A model generated the notes under the pieces. That model saw only the letters and a list, made by a program, of their open reading frames with translations, searched no databases and was not told the DNA's origin. The translations under genes and the position numbers were made by a program. From Eutreptiella sp. 'Long Island Sound 2002' (lineage: Eukaryota; Protista; Euglenida): a stretch of DNA of 64,000 nucleotides. How positions within the stretch are numbered: position 1 is the first letter of the stretch; every line of letters starts with the position of its first letter. Shown piece by piece: positions 1-13,100 of this stretch. The stretch is taken from NCBI GenBank assembly GCA_964036045.1, contig OZ038379.1, positions 55,862,001 through 55,926,000 of the forward strand, in the 5' to 3' direction.

Positions 1-706
1 TGGGGGGGGGGGAATGAAAACCGACATACACGATACAGAACCAGACAAACAGACACACACACACACACACACACGGATCCACACGCAAACAGACCACATC
101 ACACAAACACCCACGCACCGACAAACACATGCACAGACAGGCACACAAACACAATGACAGCCAGAGGAATAGCAATAGCAATAGCCACAACCACAACCAC
201 AAGAACAGCCACAGCAACGCCACCACTGACAGCCACAACAACACCCACAACCACGGGAACAGCTACAGCCAGACCACTGCAACAACAATAGCCACAACAA
301 TACCAACGGCCTCAGCAGCGGCAACAGCCTCCGCCACAGCAACCACAACAGCAACAGCACCGTATAGCACACAGCATACAGCACAGCACTAGCACAACAT
401 AACACAACACAACACAACACAACACACAGCACAACAGTACAGCAATAGGCACATAGTACACAGCCCAACAGTACGGCACAAAGCGCAGCACACAGCACAC
501 AGCGCAGCACACCTGCAAAATTGGCAGAGATCGTCATCATCGGCAGCAGCAACACATGTGAAGATACATCAGAAGAAAAGGGAGGGCAAGGGGAAGAGGG
601 TACAGGCGGAAAGGGAAGGAAGGAAGGAAGGAATGGACAAGGGGGGGGGGCAGGCATGACAATCAGAGAGGGGGGGGAACAAGGCGGGGGGGGGGGGGGG
701 TGCATG

Positions 707-744
<38 letters not shown>

Positions 745-830
745 TGTGCATGCGTTCCACTGTCGCCCACACCCATCCCACACAACCACATGAGAGGACA
801 CAAACACACACACACACACACACACAAACA
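1..830. repeat. Low-complexity / microsatellite block: (CA)n, degenerate ACAGC/ACA repeats, (GT)n
   Basis: (CA)n at ~54-76, degenerate CA-rich repeats to ~520, (GT)n at ~707-742, (CA)n at ~805-826. The H/T/V/C-rich ORFs here are translations of these repeats. Confidence 0.9.
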
Positions 831-1861
831 CACACCTTCTTTCTCCCCTACCCCAAGGCTAGCCATTGGCCCATCTCCTCGTCTCCTATGCAATAAAAAT
901 TGATGAAACTTGCCCTTTTCTCAGGCACTCAAACTGCGCTCAAATTAGTCCGCTCACACTGTGCTCAAAAAAGTCCAAAATTTTCAACTTTTCCAAGCAA
1001 AAACGCAAAACCCCTCCAATGGCTTGTTTACCCTCCCCATTGCCAGCACCAGCCTTTTGGGGTCTTGAACCAGCCCTAGGGTGGGGGGGCATAACAGGCC
1101 AAACCACACGAAAAATGACTTGAAGAAAAAATGCTCAAACCCTAGATAGATCCGAACCTACACCAGCAACCTTACCCTTCGAACGTGCTCCAAGGGGGTC
1201 TGGTCGAGCTGGTCGAGCAGACCCCTGTGGGTGGGGAGGCCAGGGGTTTCACGTTTTTCATACATGTTTGAATTTCCCATACAATTCTGAGGTCCCCCAA
1301 CATCCCTGCCTCAAAAAGCTTCCCTCGTCACGCTAATCCTTTTGAACACACATATGTGGGGTAAACCTTTTCCAAAAAATTGTTTTGGCCCCTTGGCTCG
1401 GTCCAACAGCCAGGGGGAAGTCGGGGTCAAATTTTTGTTTCATGTTTTTCATGCATATTTGAATTCCCCATAAGAGATTCTGACCATATTGAGTATACAC
1501 ACATGGAGTGCAAACAATATTTTGACCCCCCCCCCCCCCCGCCCGCTCGTATGCGAAAAAAATTTTTGCGGCCGTTGAACAAAATGAAAGTTGAACAAAA
1601 TGAGGTCTGGACCTCCGAAACATTTTGGCCACTCTAGGGGGGAGGGGGGAGGGGTCAAGTTTGTGTTTGGGTTGCCGCGACACACACTACACAGAGGCAC
1701 ACACGGACATGTATGGCGCCATAGTTTGATTATGTCCCCACCCGCCCCCTACTACTAGGTGGGCTTTTGGATGAGCCCCCCCCCCCCCCCCTCGCCCACA
1801 TTTTTGGGGTGGGGGTTCAAAAAAAGATGTTTTGGAACCATTTTGGAGGGTGGCGAGAGGG

Positions 1862-2490
1862 CGGAGATTAGCACTACGTCCGCCCGCCAATCGGCGACTG
1901 CGTGCCAGTGCAGACGCACGGATGTGACATTAGCCAGCGCCACGCGCATGGGCCCCGGATGGGGCTCCACGTCCCCGCATCGCAGCAACAGGAGGGCGGG
2001 GAAGACCCAGCATCGGGGGGGGGGGGGGGCGTGTAGCTCCGGTGGCCCCAGCTGGGGGGGGGGGGAGAGGGGCAATACCCACCCCACCCATATACTCGGC
2101 CGCCAATGGTCAGGGGGCGCAAGAAGTGGGGACAGAGGGGTAGCCAGGCATGCCTGCAGGTTAATCTTCGACCCCAGTCCTGCAGCACCGTGGTCAGGCA
2201 GTCGGACCCGGTACCCTCCCCATGGTGGGCGCGCCGGGGTGTGGAGGGGGCGGCGTATGGGGAAGCGGCGTCCCGCCACCGGCAAGCGGCAGGGGGGGCG
2301 GCCGCGCACGCGAGGGGCCGCCCTGCTCCCAGTCCCCAGCGAGGCGGAGAGCTTCCTGGAAGACTTCGTGCACGTGGTCCTGGTCAGGCCCCCGCTCAGT
2401 GCGGCGGAGGACGTCGGGCCAACGGGGCGTGGCAGGGATCTCCCCCGGCTCCCGCAGGGCGGCCCACCACACGTCGGTGACCAGAGGGAG
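1862..2490 (-). pseudogene. Inverted 5' segment of the LINE ORF: upstream peptide, 2A-like motif and APE N-terminus
   Basis: Minus strand reads LLLLRCGDVEPHPGP-MRVALANVTSVRLHWHAVADWRADVVLIS, matching the APE start (N motif, then the approach to the catalytic E). Further upstream it reads DVWWAALREP...EALRLAGDWEQ. Confidence 0.8.
1950..1994 (-). other. 2A-like (StopGo) peptide variant LLLLRCGDVEPHPGP
   Basis: Matches consensus D(V/I)ExNPGP except N to H. It directly precedes the APE start, the position where 2A-like motifs occur in Ingi/L1Tc and CR1/L2-type elements. Confidence 0.7.
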
Positions 2491-2491
2491 G

Positions 2492-4346
2492 GGGGATCTC
2501 AACTTTGACCTCGATTACCCGCTGCGGGTACCGCCGTCCGTCCCGGCGTCCCTCCTCACCCGCCGGCTGGTGGACGCGGACCTTGAGCTGGCGTCCGCCT
2601 TGGGGAGGGACCCCCTCTGCTCATACCGGGGCCCGGAGGGCACCCGCCCCTCGCGCATCGACGGCTTGCTGGTCGACACGCGGCTGGCAACGCTACTACA
2701 CACGCCGGAGCGCCGCGTGGGGCCATTCCGGGGCACACCCCGGTACGCTTCGACCCCCACCTGCGGGGGGTGTCACAGCGGGTGATTAAGTTCGTCCGCC
2801 CCGAACCGGTTGCGCCGGCCCCGCGTGAGAAGCATGAACGACTCCTCCTTATGCAGCGCCTTCTCGACCCACTGGAGGCTGGGTGGCGGGCGGCCCTATC
2901 CACCGGGGACGTAGACCGAGCCTGGGCTTTCTGGACCACGACCGCGGAGGAGACCCTCCTTGCCCTGGCATGCCCAGACATCACCCCGGACTCCCTCCCT
3001 GCCGGGGCCGCACTCCTGCTGGCCCCCTCCCACCTCCGCCGCGGCAGGGGTACCAACCAGCTGCTCCGGGAGGTGCGCCTCTGCCCCAAACAACGTCAAG
3101 ACACCGAAAGTTCCGCTTTCCAACCCTGTGGTGCCCATCCAGGCGGCCCAGGGACCCCTCCAGGACGTCCTCCGCTGGCTGGAACGACCAGCGCGAGGCG
3201 CGGGCGCATTGGCGCGCGGGGTACAGCAGGCATGGGCGGCTCTCCGACGTCGCCTACGCAGGCTCCGCGCGCTAGGCCCGGAGTATGCGGGCTTGGAGCT
3301 CGATGGCTCGCACGACCGGCTGGCCCCGCTGGCGTTGCTCCGCCGCCTTCGCACGACGTTGGCGGGAAAGGTCCGGGCCTCCTCGGTCCACGAGACCGCA
3401 TCCACGAGTGGCGCGCCTGGTTGGAGGAGGCCTGGTCCTCTGACTAGGGGCCGTGTACCGCTGGCTGAAGGATGAATCCTACGCCCCGCCGGTCACCTTC
3501 CTCTCCAGGCCGGATGGCACTGCCACGGCCAACCTGGCGGAGATGGATGGCCTCTTGCACGACGCCTGGCGCCCAATAAATCGCAAATATGCGACGGACC
3601 CAGAGCCGGACCCAGTGGCCTTCCTCCGCTGATATGGGCACCATGTGCGGCGGGTCCCCATGATTGCCTCGCGGCTCGACGGCCCCCGCCTACGTAAGGG
3701 GCTCTCCCGCATGAAGCCCTCAGCAGTGGGACTGGACGGGTGGAGCCTGGCCGACCTCCGCTCCCTCCCCGACAGGCTGCTGGGCTGGCTGGCGGACCTG
3801 CTGCGCAAGGTGGAGCGCCTTGGTAAGTGGCCGGCCCGCTTGGCCAAGGGCTACACGGCCCTCAACCCCAAGGAGGGCCCGCCGGGGCCCCTGAACACCC
3901 GCCCGCTTACGGTCCTGTCCATGGTCTACCGGCTGTGGGCGGGTGTGCGCCTGGTGGACGCCATTGCGTGGCAGGAGTCCTGGGCCCACCCGGCGGCCTT
4001 TGGTTTCTGCCCCGCCACAAGCGCCCTGGACGGGGCGGCGATGACACAGGTCCTCCTGGAGCTGTGTCGCCTCCGAGGATGGGCCGTCGCGGGGATGAGC
4101 ACCGACTACGTCAAGTGTTTCGATCTCATCCCCCAGGCGGTTGTGTGGGTCCTGGCGTTGGAGCTGGGCATGGACCCGGGCACGTGCCGTGCCCTCGGGG
4201 CCATGTACAAGCAGCTCCGCCGGGCCTTCAAGATCGCCGGGGCCCTCAGCCTGTAGTGGCAGGCCGGAAACGGCATCCTCCAGGGGTGCCCCCTGTCGGT
4301 GATCCTGGTGAATGTGCTCACCGCGATATGGAAATGGGAGGTGGAC
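2492..4346 (+). pseudogene. LINE ORF core: APE C-terminal half, linker and N-terminal/central RT
   Basis: GDLNFDLD at 2492, RPSRIDGLL, GDVDRAWAFW; RT ORF 3645-4256 continues through a TAG into WQAGNGILQGCPLSVILVN...WKWEVD. Confidence 0.92.
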
Positions 4347-4588
4347 GCGGACGTCTTGCCCTGTGACCTGCAGCCACTCCTCCTTGCGGGGACCGTCTCC
4401 TGGAGGGAGGCCGCGCCCACGGCCACTGCCTGGGTGTCGTCCGCATAGCCCGACAAGCGCCGCATAGCCGGGGCCGGCATCCTTGAAGGGGGAAGAGGGC
4501 TCCCAGTTCCAGGTCGTCCGCTGCGTCCTTGTCCAGGACTAGGGGGAGGGCGGCTGTCCGGGCGCACACCTCCCGGCGCAGGGAGTCC
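4347..4588 (-). pseudogene. Inverted RT segment containing the catalytic YADD motif
   Basis: Minus strand reads DSLRREVCARTAALPLVLD... then, after a frameshift, LSGYADDTQAVAVGAASLQETV; YADD is at 4436-4447. It is the natural continuation of plus-strand WEVD ending at 4346. Confidence 0.85.
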
Positions 4589-6869
4589 CAACTCTACTGC
4601 CCGCTACGTTTTTGTTTTTTCTTTCGCCGCACGGCCTTCATGGCATGCTTGTTGGGTGTTGGAGAGGGGGGCCGCAAAAGCCAACTGGATACTGCAAAAT
4701 GGGAACTGAAAAATGTAGGAAGACGCCTGACACATTGCCAAATAGTACTATCATATATGGATTTGAAGGCAAAAAACCGGGGAAATGATTCTTTCCAAAT
4801 GCGGAAGAAATAGTCATCACAAAGTAGGGCTTCTGGTGAGGTCCTAGTTATGTTACTCACTGTCCAATTTGCGTGGAGGGCTTACATAATAAACCAATCA
4901 GCATGAGTAGATACTTTGCCGTTTTCGTTTCCAACGGTAATTTGATTCCGTGCGGACTCTCAGTACTGTGATGAAACAAAGCGAAATTGTGTTTGAAAGC
5001 CATGTGTACAAATTTGCAATGAAAAGGGATATTTTAGATTGCTTCTATATGTCCGTGTAGCACTCCATCTACAACATACGTGGAGTCCGTGCAAATCAAC
5101 GAGCTCCTCCCTCGTACATGACCGCGTAGCGCCGCAAAGGCTGCGCTCAATTCCCTTTGTTATTCGTTTGAGCCTCCTCCTTGGGTAGCCACTCCTACAT
5201 CAGTGGATCCCGACGTCGTCGGAAAGCGTAAAGATAGGACAAATTTTCAAGCATGGTTGAACCCAAGTGATCTTGTGGGATGACACTCGCACCTCAGGAT
5301 AACGATCTAGTGGCGTCAAGAGTGTTGGTAGATCGCATGCTGCCAACTTTCAGATTGCCTCCATGTAGGTTGGCCTGCAAATTGTGGCCAGGTGTAGCAT
5401 CACTTATTCATCTTCCTTTGGAACAAGGGCTAGGCAGAAATAATGGAGCCTATTCTCATTTTGAAAAGTAACATGTGCCACAACGGCGTGTCATACATAG
5501 CATGGTTGCAAGCAGTGGTGGTAGCATGGTTGCAAGCGGTGGTGGTACATTTGGTCTCCGGATCAAAAATGCGCACATAGACCATGCCAAATGTGCCATT
5601 TGCTTCCAAGTGACATCACTGCCCATTTGTAGAAATTGCAAAGAACCGCCTCGAAATGTGATGGAACGCAAATAGGAAAAAGGCCGGAAATCATCCCAGA
5701 TGTGTCTTGGCAAAGAAGGTTGGTAGCAAATGAAATGCATGAGCGTGAAAGAATTTTGATGAAATAAAATTCTTGCAGAATCTACGTGTGAGACACCTAA
5801 GGGGGACTAGAGGGTGGCACTCTAGAGGACCAAGGAGGAGATGTAGCGGGAAAAGAGGCATTGCAGAGGAAGGAGCGCGGCAACGGGTGGACAGGAGAAA
5901 GGGCAATTGAAAAGCATTCGTTAGCACCGGGCGTTGAGAGTTTTGGACCACGGCTGCCTCTTTTGGCCGCCTCTGCTTTGAAAGTATGAGCATCTGGTGG
6001 ATCATCCGATCGTCGCTCATTGGCGAATACACAAGTATGAAGTAAAAGCTTCTTTTACGAATAGTCAAAAATCAAAAATAGTACATTACACAAGCGTGCA
6101 CACACACAAACCAACAAAGGCATCCGATCATGCAACATGGCATGATACAAGGCAACACCGGCAACGGCATTTATGCATGGTTTTGTTTGGATGTGGTCCT
6201 ACCTTCCCTCCCCCGTCCATCCATTTGCACACATGTCTACACAACTATCCGTTCTTGGGGTCCCCGCAGTGGGAAGAAAGGGACACATATTCCACTTTCA
6301 AGCTTGCCGCCAACACGCACGTCTGCTTGTGGGTTGGCGTGGGCCTAGTGCTCTATTTCTTTCGTTCTACAAAAACTCCAAGCTTTGGTGATGACTCAAA
6401 CTTGTGTGTGTGTGTGTGTGTGTGTGTAGCAAGAGGGTTACGCCATGTGTCTTGAATGTTTCTTGATTTTTTCCCAATGTATGAATTTCATGATATGTAT
6501 GTGGGTACGGATATTTGCCAACAAATGACAAAACAAACCCAATGTGCTTTAACCCGAGTGAATGCACATGAATTGCATTAGTACGGGTGTGTTTTGACTA
6601 AATGAGCATTGTTTTGCACCCCCCTGTTTCTTGTTTTTGAAAAATGAACAAATGAGAGTCAAATGTAGCAAATTGGGGAGAATACTCCGAAATCCGAATT
6701 TGAGAGAGGTGAAGAATTATCTTAGAAATAGCCATTAATTGACCTTTATTGGGCCAAACAGCTACATGAGTAACCTACAAAGGGGTCACCATTTCCACAT
6801 TATTTGATGCACCGTGTTGTATACCGCATCTGTATTTCCCGTTGCTAGTGTACCCTGTAGAAAAGAAAA

Positions 6870-8830
6870 CCACCTCCTCAATGAAAAAAAATGTTGTTGT
6901 GGTTCGTTCTGTTAAGCAGTGCAAATCAGAGTGGTGGATCTTGTGCACTCCATTTCAAATGGTCACTATGGAAGAGCTTACAACGCACTTCACCAACAAA
7001 AGCGTGCCACAGATCGCTCCGTTTCATTTCGTCACTATACTGAGTGATAAAAGCCATGAAATTGAAAAAAACATGCCACGGATCGCACCATTTCATTGTG
7101 TGACCATAGGACGTGATGAAACGGGAGGCTAAGAAAAATAGTGCAAATGGAGTGGTGTATCTTGTGCACTCCAGTTCAAATGGTTACTATGAAAGGGTCT
7201 ACAACCAAACTTGCTAAAAAACGCATGCCAAGGATCATCCCGTTTTATTTTACCACAATAGAGGCTCACAGGAGGAAAGTTTAAAAGAACATGCGCCAAA
7301 GATAGTGGCCATATCATTCTATCACTATCGCTATAGAGGGGGATGGAAGCTTTTTTTTCTCAAAAAAAAGCGCGCAAAAGATTGTTCCATTTCAAAATTG
7401 TCATTATGCGTGGTGACAGAATATGAGTTTGAAAAAAAATCCGCCACAAAGATTAATGGTGTGCCGTGTCATTAGTCAAAAGGGCAGTGGAAAAGTGTTT
7501 TGCAAAAGGGCAAGGCGCACCTTGTGTGCAAATTGCTAAACGGTCATCAACCAAGGGATTAATAGCACCAACGATGCAAAAAAGAAAAAGTGCGCCAAAG
7601 ATAAGTCCATTTCATTGTATCATTGTAGAGAGTAAGTTGAGGTACCTTTTTAAAACAAAGCACACCAAAGATCGCTCCGTTCCATTGTGCCATTGTGCAG
7701 TGTGATCAAAAAGGGTATTCAAATAAAGCGCGCCAAAGAGTGCCCCCTTTCGGCATCGCTTTCATGGGTATGGCAGATTGGCATTGCAATTACATACTTT
7801 TGCACAAGTACGATAGAACAAGAACATTTCAACATATCCCCGCCCGCCACATGATGAAAAACAGCTGTAGGAAAAAGAACGAGGTGAGAGGCGGCAAAGG
7901 AGGTGGAACAGAGGTGGGTAACATAGGTGACATGAAACGAATGCGGTTGAGAGCACTACCAATTTTGGAAAAACAAAAGGCGACCGAAACAGAAAAAGAA
8001 AGAAACCCGTCCATTAAGAAGATCATTACCGTGGATTACCAAACGTTCCCCGAAAGAGAAAGATATTGCGCAAATGGTTTGGTTTTTTTTCCTGGTGACC
8101 ATTTTGAAACATTGACCGGATGATTGACGCTATCATGCAAAAATCTAACGACATTATTGCTACGAGATAGTGTCACTCGTAAAAGCATCGTGTTTCTCAG
8201 GTGAGTTATGGGTGAAATATTGGGAAAGAACAACAATTGTCCTGCCTGCTAGCAGCGACAACATACCAAAAACAGATGATCATGGAAGAAAAAGGGGGGG
8301 GGGGGGTTAAGGTCTCAACAAACTGATCATACCGAGCATATTACATTCCTAGCCTCTGCAGCGACGAATAGTTCATGGGGAGATGTTTGGCACACGTTTT
8401 AGGAAACATACCTCCCATCGCTCACTACGGGTATGAAAAGAAATACAACAATCTTTGGCTTGCTCGTTTGTTCTGTTTTAAAAAAAGGCTTTCAGCACCC
8501 TAAGTAGCATTGTAGTGATAATGGAGAGTCCTTTGGCACGCTTTTTTTGAGGTATACCTCCCATCACTCTCGATAGTGATAAAATCAAATGGACCGATCC
8601 TTGGCATGCTTTGTTTGCAACGTGGATAAGGCAATGTGAGATAAAGCAATTTTTGTCGGGTGCTTGTGAAAAAGAAAAGGCTTTGATCGGCCTCTTCGGA
8701 GATTAGATGATATGGGAGCGATCTTAGGCACGCTTTTTTTCAAAAAATGGCTTTTATCACCCTCTACAATGATGAAAAGATAGGGGAGCCATATTTGGCA
8801 CACTTTTTTTTGCACAAGCATGTATATAGG
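6870..8830. repeat. Modular ~70-bp degenerate repeats, mostly forward on the left and reverse on the right
   Basis: Motif AAAGATCGCTCCATTTCATTGTGTCACTATA-like at ~7010, 7080, 7380, 7600, 7670. Reverse-complement copies (ATGGAGCGATCTTTGGCACGCTTTTT-like) at ~8520, 8590, 8713, 8785. Confidence 0.65.
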
Positions 8831-9389
8831 GGCCGTAAATTCACCATGCCAACAATCTATTATCCGTGGGTGTAGGGCAAGCAATACTTGTGCACATCGG
8901 TACATGTGCATGTGTCATGTCACACATTACACCCAAATTCATTACTTGGAAAAAGATGCAAATAACATAACAATGGAAAGATGTGCTCATGCGGCACAAA
9001 GCACAATTCTAAGTTTCCAAAATACATTTGGAGTGGGCAGCGGGTAAACTAAAAAAGACCTGCGCGCACGGTCACTTTTGCAAACACCGCCTCTTCCGCA
9101 TTCCAACGGCCCAAAGTACATGTGAAAGGAGCCATCTAAGTTCCACTGCCATGACCGCTACCATTGCCAATAATGGGGCCATGACGTTTGAGACACTCGG
9201 CCTAACCAATGCATCTATGTTGCAAGATTGGTGGCCCCCACCCCCTTCCCTTCTACTCCCCTAAGGGTACATAAAAGCACTACAAAAGCCTCGGAATCTC
9301 CATGAGCTAAGAGGAGTACAACATACACCGCACCACCAACTCTGAAATAATTCCTCCCTACTTCTGCATCCGACAATGGGCCAACGATG

Positions 9390-9930
9390 ACGAAAATATT
9401 ATGTTTCACAGTCCAACTCCTCCAACCCTGGTGCCCCTAGTCTCCCACTATTTTTCCTCTACATTCGCTTCCCCCAAGCGTACACAAAAGGCAAGATACA
9501 ATCTTCGAACTGTCCATGAGCTTCCAAGAGTATGTTGTGTCTAGGGTGCCCTACAACTAGAGAGTTTTCCACGTGCCTCTACACCCTAGAATAGGCCCAA
9601 GTCGACAAAAATGGGAACCGTTAAAGCCCAAGGCCTCAAAGCTTGTGTGCCCTGAATCTCTCAAGTCTACGCTGCTTTGTTTGGCGCCTTCCTAGGGCAC
9701 ACAAGAGTAGGTCCTATTAGGGTTCTCTAACCCAAGACACTTCTTGCATACGTCTGCACTACACCATGGGTCAACATGGGCAAAGATACCAACATTCACA
9801 GGCCAAATCCTCCAACCTAATGTACCCCAGCTTCCCGGCTGTTCTCCCCTTCTCTTCAGCACCCTTTTGGGAACACAAAAAGCATTTTGCAACTATCTCA
9901 ATCTTGGCACCCTTTGTGAATGGGCGATAA
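9390..9930 (-). repeat. ~200-bp satellite-like family, reverse orientation
   Basis: GTGCACCCTAGAATGGGCCAAAGTGGACAAAAAT-like modules, the reverse complement of the units at 20850-22380. Confidence 0.65.
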
Positions 9931-10113
9931 CATTCCTTTTGAACCGGCGCCGAACCCAGTCTGAATGTGGCCTTGCTTTCCCAAAAAATTCCCATTCTTC
10001 TCCATCTTGCAAGGTAGCTATGTGCCCAAAAAATCTCGAAAACTATTTCCTTGGGCTCAACAAAAAAATTGACCCCTCCTCCCATTTCTCTTCCATTCAC
10101 AGTGACCCAATGG

Positions 10114-13100
10114 GACGTGCTTCCTGGTAGCTTGTGAATGTGAATGTGACGTAAATTTCACGTCACATTCTCACAAATTTCACAAGAAATTCGCACAAAA
10201 GTCACACCATTTTTTGTGAATTCCCATGTGACAAGACAAAGGACAGTTCCGTGGTAGGCAAGACATGAGACACCACGTCCAAATACTTCCTGAGTAAATG
10301 CTGCCTCTTCTACGGCTTGAATCGTTCCTACAAGATCTTAACATAGTCTTGGTCACTAAGTGCCCTTCGGCGTGCTCCGGCTGCAAAAACTTGCACAATC
10401 ATTGGCCCTTGGCCTTGCATGGTCGGCATGGTGGGAGCCCATCCCTCGCAACGGATATTGTCATGAATGGTTCCGTTATCCAAGACCACCGGTAGGCATG
10501 TCCTGGCCCGCAATAAGCTGAGGCCCCAAACCTTGTGAAATATGCGCTTTAATCGCCAACGACTCCCCTCCATTCGAACATATGCCAATTTGGAGAGCAT
10601 TCACCACTGGGGACATGTGGTCTATCCACCAGTCGAACCACAAAGGGCTCCCCCGCACCCGGGCTCGCAAGGGGCATGGTGCACGGTAGATGATGGTGCC
10701 ATAGCTGTCCACTGCTGCGAATGCTGCAGCAGCCGCGCAACTGGCAAGGGTGTCGTACACGTTAGTCCAGGTAAAGTTGTTGCTAGCTCAATTGTGAGGT
10801 ATTGGGCCCCCTCCTACCATAGGTGGAGTGACAAGAGGCACCATCGCGTGCATACAACCTTGTCTAATAGAGTTGGCACATGCAACAAATATGCTTCTCT
10901 TGAAAGGTACATTTGGTCACTCACATGCAACAAATATGCTTCTCTTGAAAATATATTTGGTCAGGGGCATTGCTACAACTGTACTCGGGTATTCACAGCC
11001 CACTTTTTAACGGGGCCCGTGGGGATGACTATTGCTTCCAAATGATGGTGTTCCACGGTATGCCCGGGACTACTTTTTCCAAGAAGTTCTTCGTAGGAAC
11101 AACTTGAACAACATTTCCATGATTGGACCCAAGGCATTTCCAAGCACCAATCCGGGAACTTGGCATGCAACCTAGCAAGCATGCACTTCTCCCAACCACC
11201 CCCAGCCATCTAAATTTCCAAGTACTTTTTCCAAGGGGCGGACGCCTTCGGTTTTGCAAGCGGTGTGGTGCACACAATGCCTAAGAACTAGTTTTTTTGG
11301 CCCATGCAACTTTCTGGCCCTTGCTTAGAATTGCACGTTGCGATTTACAACCAACATTTAAGAATGTTTTGAGGACTTGTTGAGGTACAAAAATATTTTC
11401 ACGCTGAGGGGATTTGAGACATGTGTCCCTCGGTGGAGCCGGTGACGTGGTCTCCTTCTCCGGAGTTATTTGCCCCGCTTCCGGGAGCGGTTGACATGTA
11501 TACGAGGCTTCCAACTCCTTACCAACTACTTCCTCCAGTAACTTTAGCCTAAGGTTGTTATAGGTTTGTGAACACACAACGTGGAAGGGCCCGGAGTTCT
11601 TGCTCGCAGTTCCGCGGGGCATGGTGCACAAGCTATACAAAGCAGAATGAAATCAAGGCCTTAGCTGTCGGCGGTGCAAGACAACAATTCACCACGACGC
11701 CCCACCCCAAGGGTTCACCGTTGCAGGGTACCAAAGCTCAGGCATGCATGCCGTGGTGCCGGGATGTGGACACAGCGACAAGCAAATCACCCTGGGACAA
11801 AAGCAACTCATCAAAGCGCATTCCTTTGCAGCGCAACAAGCGGAGCCGGCTTGCAGCGCGATGCGGTACTCCGGGGACAACACCAAACAAGTTGGCAGGT
11901 TGAATTCACAGACCTGGCCATCACTTGGGGGCAACACGTAAAGGTTTCAGGAGGTGTTCGTGTGGTCAAGCTAATCCGCCGTTTCCGGGGAACCAATGGT
12001 TGGGGCCGGAATCATATGGTACAAACGCTCTAACCCACGTATGTTCCCGGGCAGGTGGTCCAAAAGTCTGTCCAAAATTGCCCCACACGTGGCAACGGAG
12101 GTGCCGGCCTTCGACTGCTAGCATTGGGGTTGTTCTACAAACTTCCTTTGTACCTCAACACCTTGCACGTTCAAAATGTGGTCCAATTGCTTGATGATCT
12201 TCTCTTTGTCCCCTTCAAAAATCTTTTCCATCTTAGTGCATGTGGGCTCACACTCTGTGTCGGACAACACCCCGTTCACGAAGCTGTAGCCCAGCCCATC
12301 CACAAAAGTGTTTGCCCGAGGAGGTGTGACCCTTTCATGATGTAGTGGGGGATGGGGTGTGGCATACACATGGGGGGTCAAGTAAGGGGCTACTACAGGA
12401 TGGGGGGGCTTCTGTGATCAAGGGGTCGGGGAAACCCAGACCTCGATACCATGCTTGGGACTTGGTGGTGTACAAGGTGGGGCTGGTGAGGTCACACAGA
12501 GGGTGATTGGGGGCACCCCATGGGTGGGTGGGGGTAATGGCAAGATCCTCCCACCAATTTAGCTAGGAGATCTGCCATCGAAAGAAGACGGTGGAGGGGG
12601 TCTTCCTTTTCAAGAGTGTCAAACGCCTGAAGGGCGATCATATTGCATCCGAGGAGGATCGTATCAAGGTCATCCACCGGGAACACCTTGCACACCCCCT
12701 CCCTAGGGTTACCGTGCCCTTGCCCCTGCATAATCCCCAAAAGACTTTCCACAGCCTTCTCCCCCGGAATACGCCCAAGTGCTAAAATGCCTAGAATGAC
12801 CCCCTGCACACCTGACCACGGGCGTGTGTTCCAACCCTTGCAGCGGTACACTTGGATGCGATCCGAAAAACGCATGTCGATGTGCACAACTGCAGGGTGC
12901 GGATCTTGCTCCCCCGTGCATTTCACAATGGCCCAAAGGGAGAGGTCATCGGAGTCGTAGGTCGCCCAGGCCTGGTGGTGGGAGTGGGCGTCGGCGGAGG
13001 GGTCCAATAGGGACCCTAGCGCACACAAAGGGTTGAGACGTGATAACAATACAGCTTTGTTGCACAACGGAAACATATGTGACACGAATATGAGATTCGT

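Larger units (their letters stand above)
1860..4588 (+). mobile_element. Decayed non-LTR (LINE) retrotransposon with APE and RT; both ends inverted
   Basis: APE motifs GDLN and SRID; RT motifs SAVGLDG, RPLTVLS, DYVKCFDLIP, GILQGCPLS and YADD; frameshifts and premature stops; GC-rich block inside lower-GC flanks. Confidence 0.92.

Noticed and set aside
3445-4256. Stop-codon reassignment (TAG read-through)
   Set aside because: TAGs replace different residues (likely Q and W) and co-occur with frameshifts, which indicates mutational decay.
12170-12215. VVQLLDDLLFV as an RT YxDD-like motif on the plus strand
   Set aside because: No other RT motifs flank it. The minus frame (KMEKIFEGDKEKIIKQLDHILNV) is the more protein-like and matches the orientation of the surrounding element.
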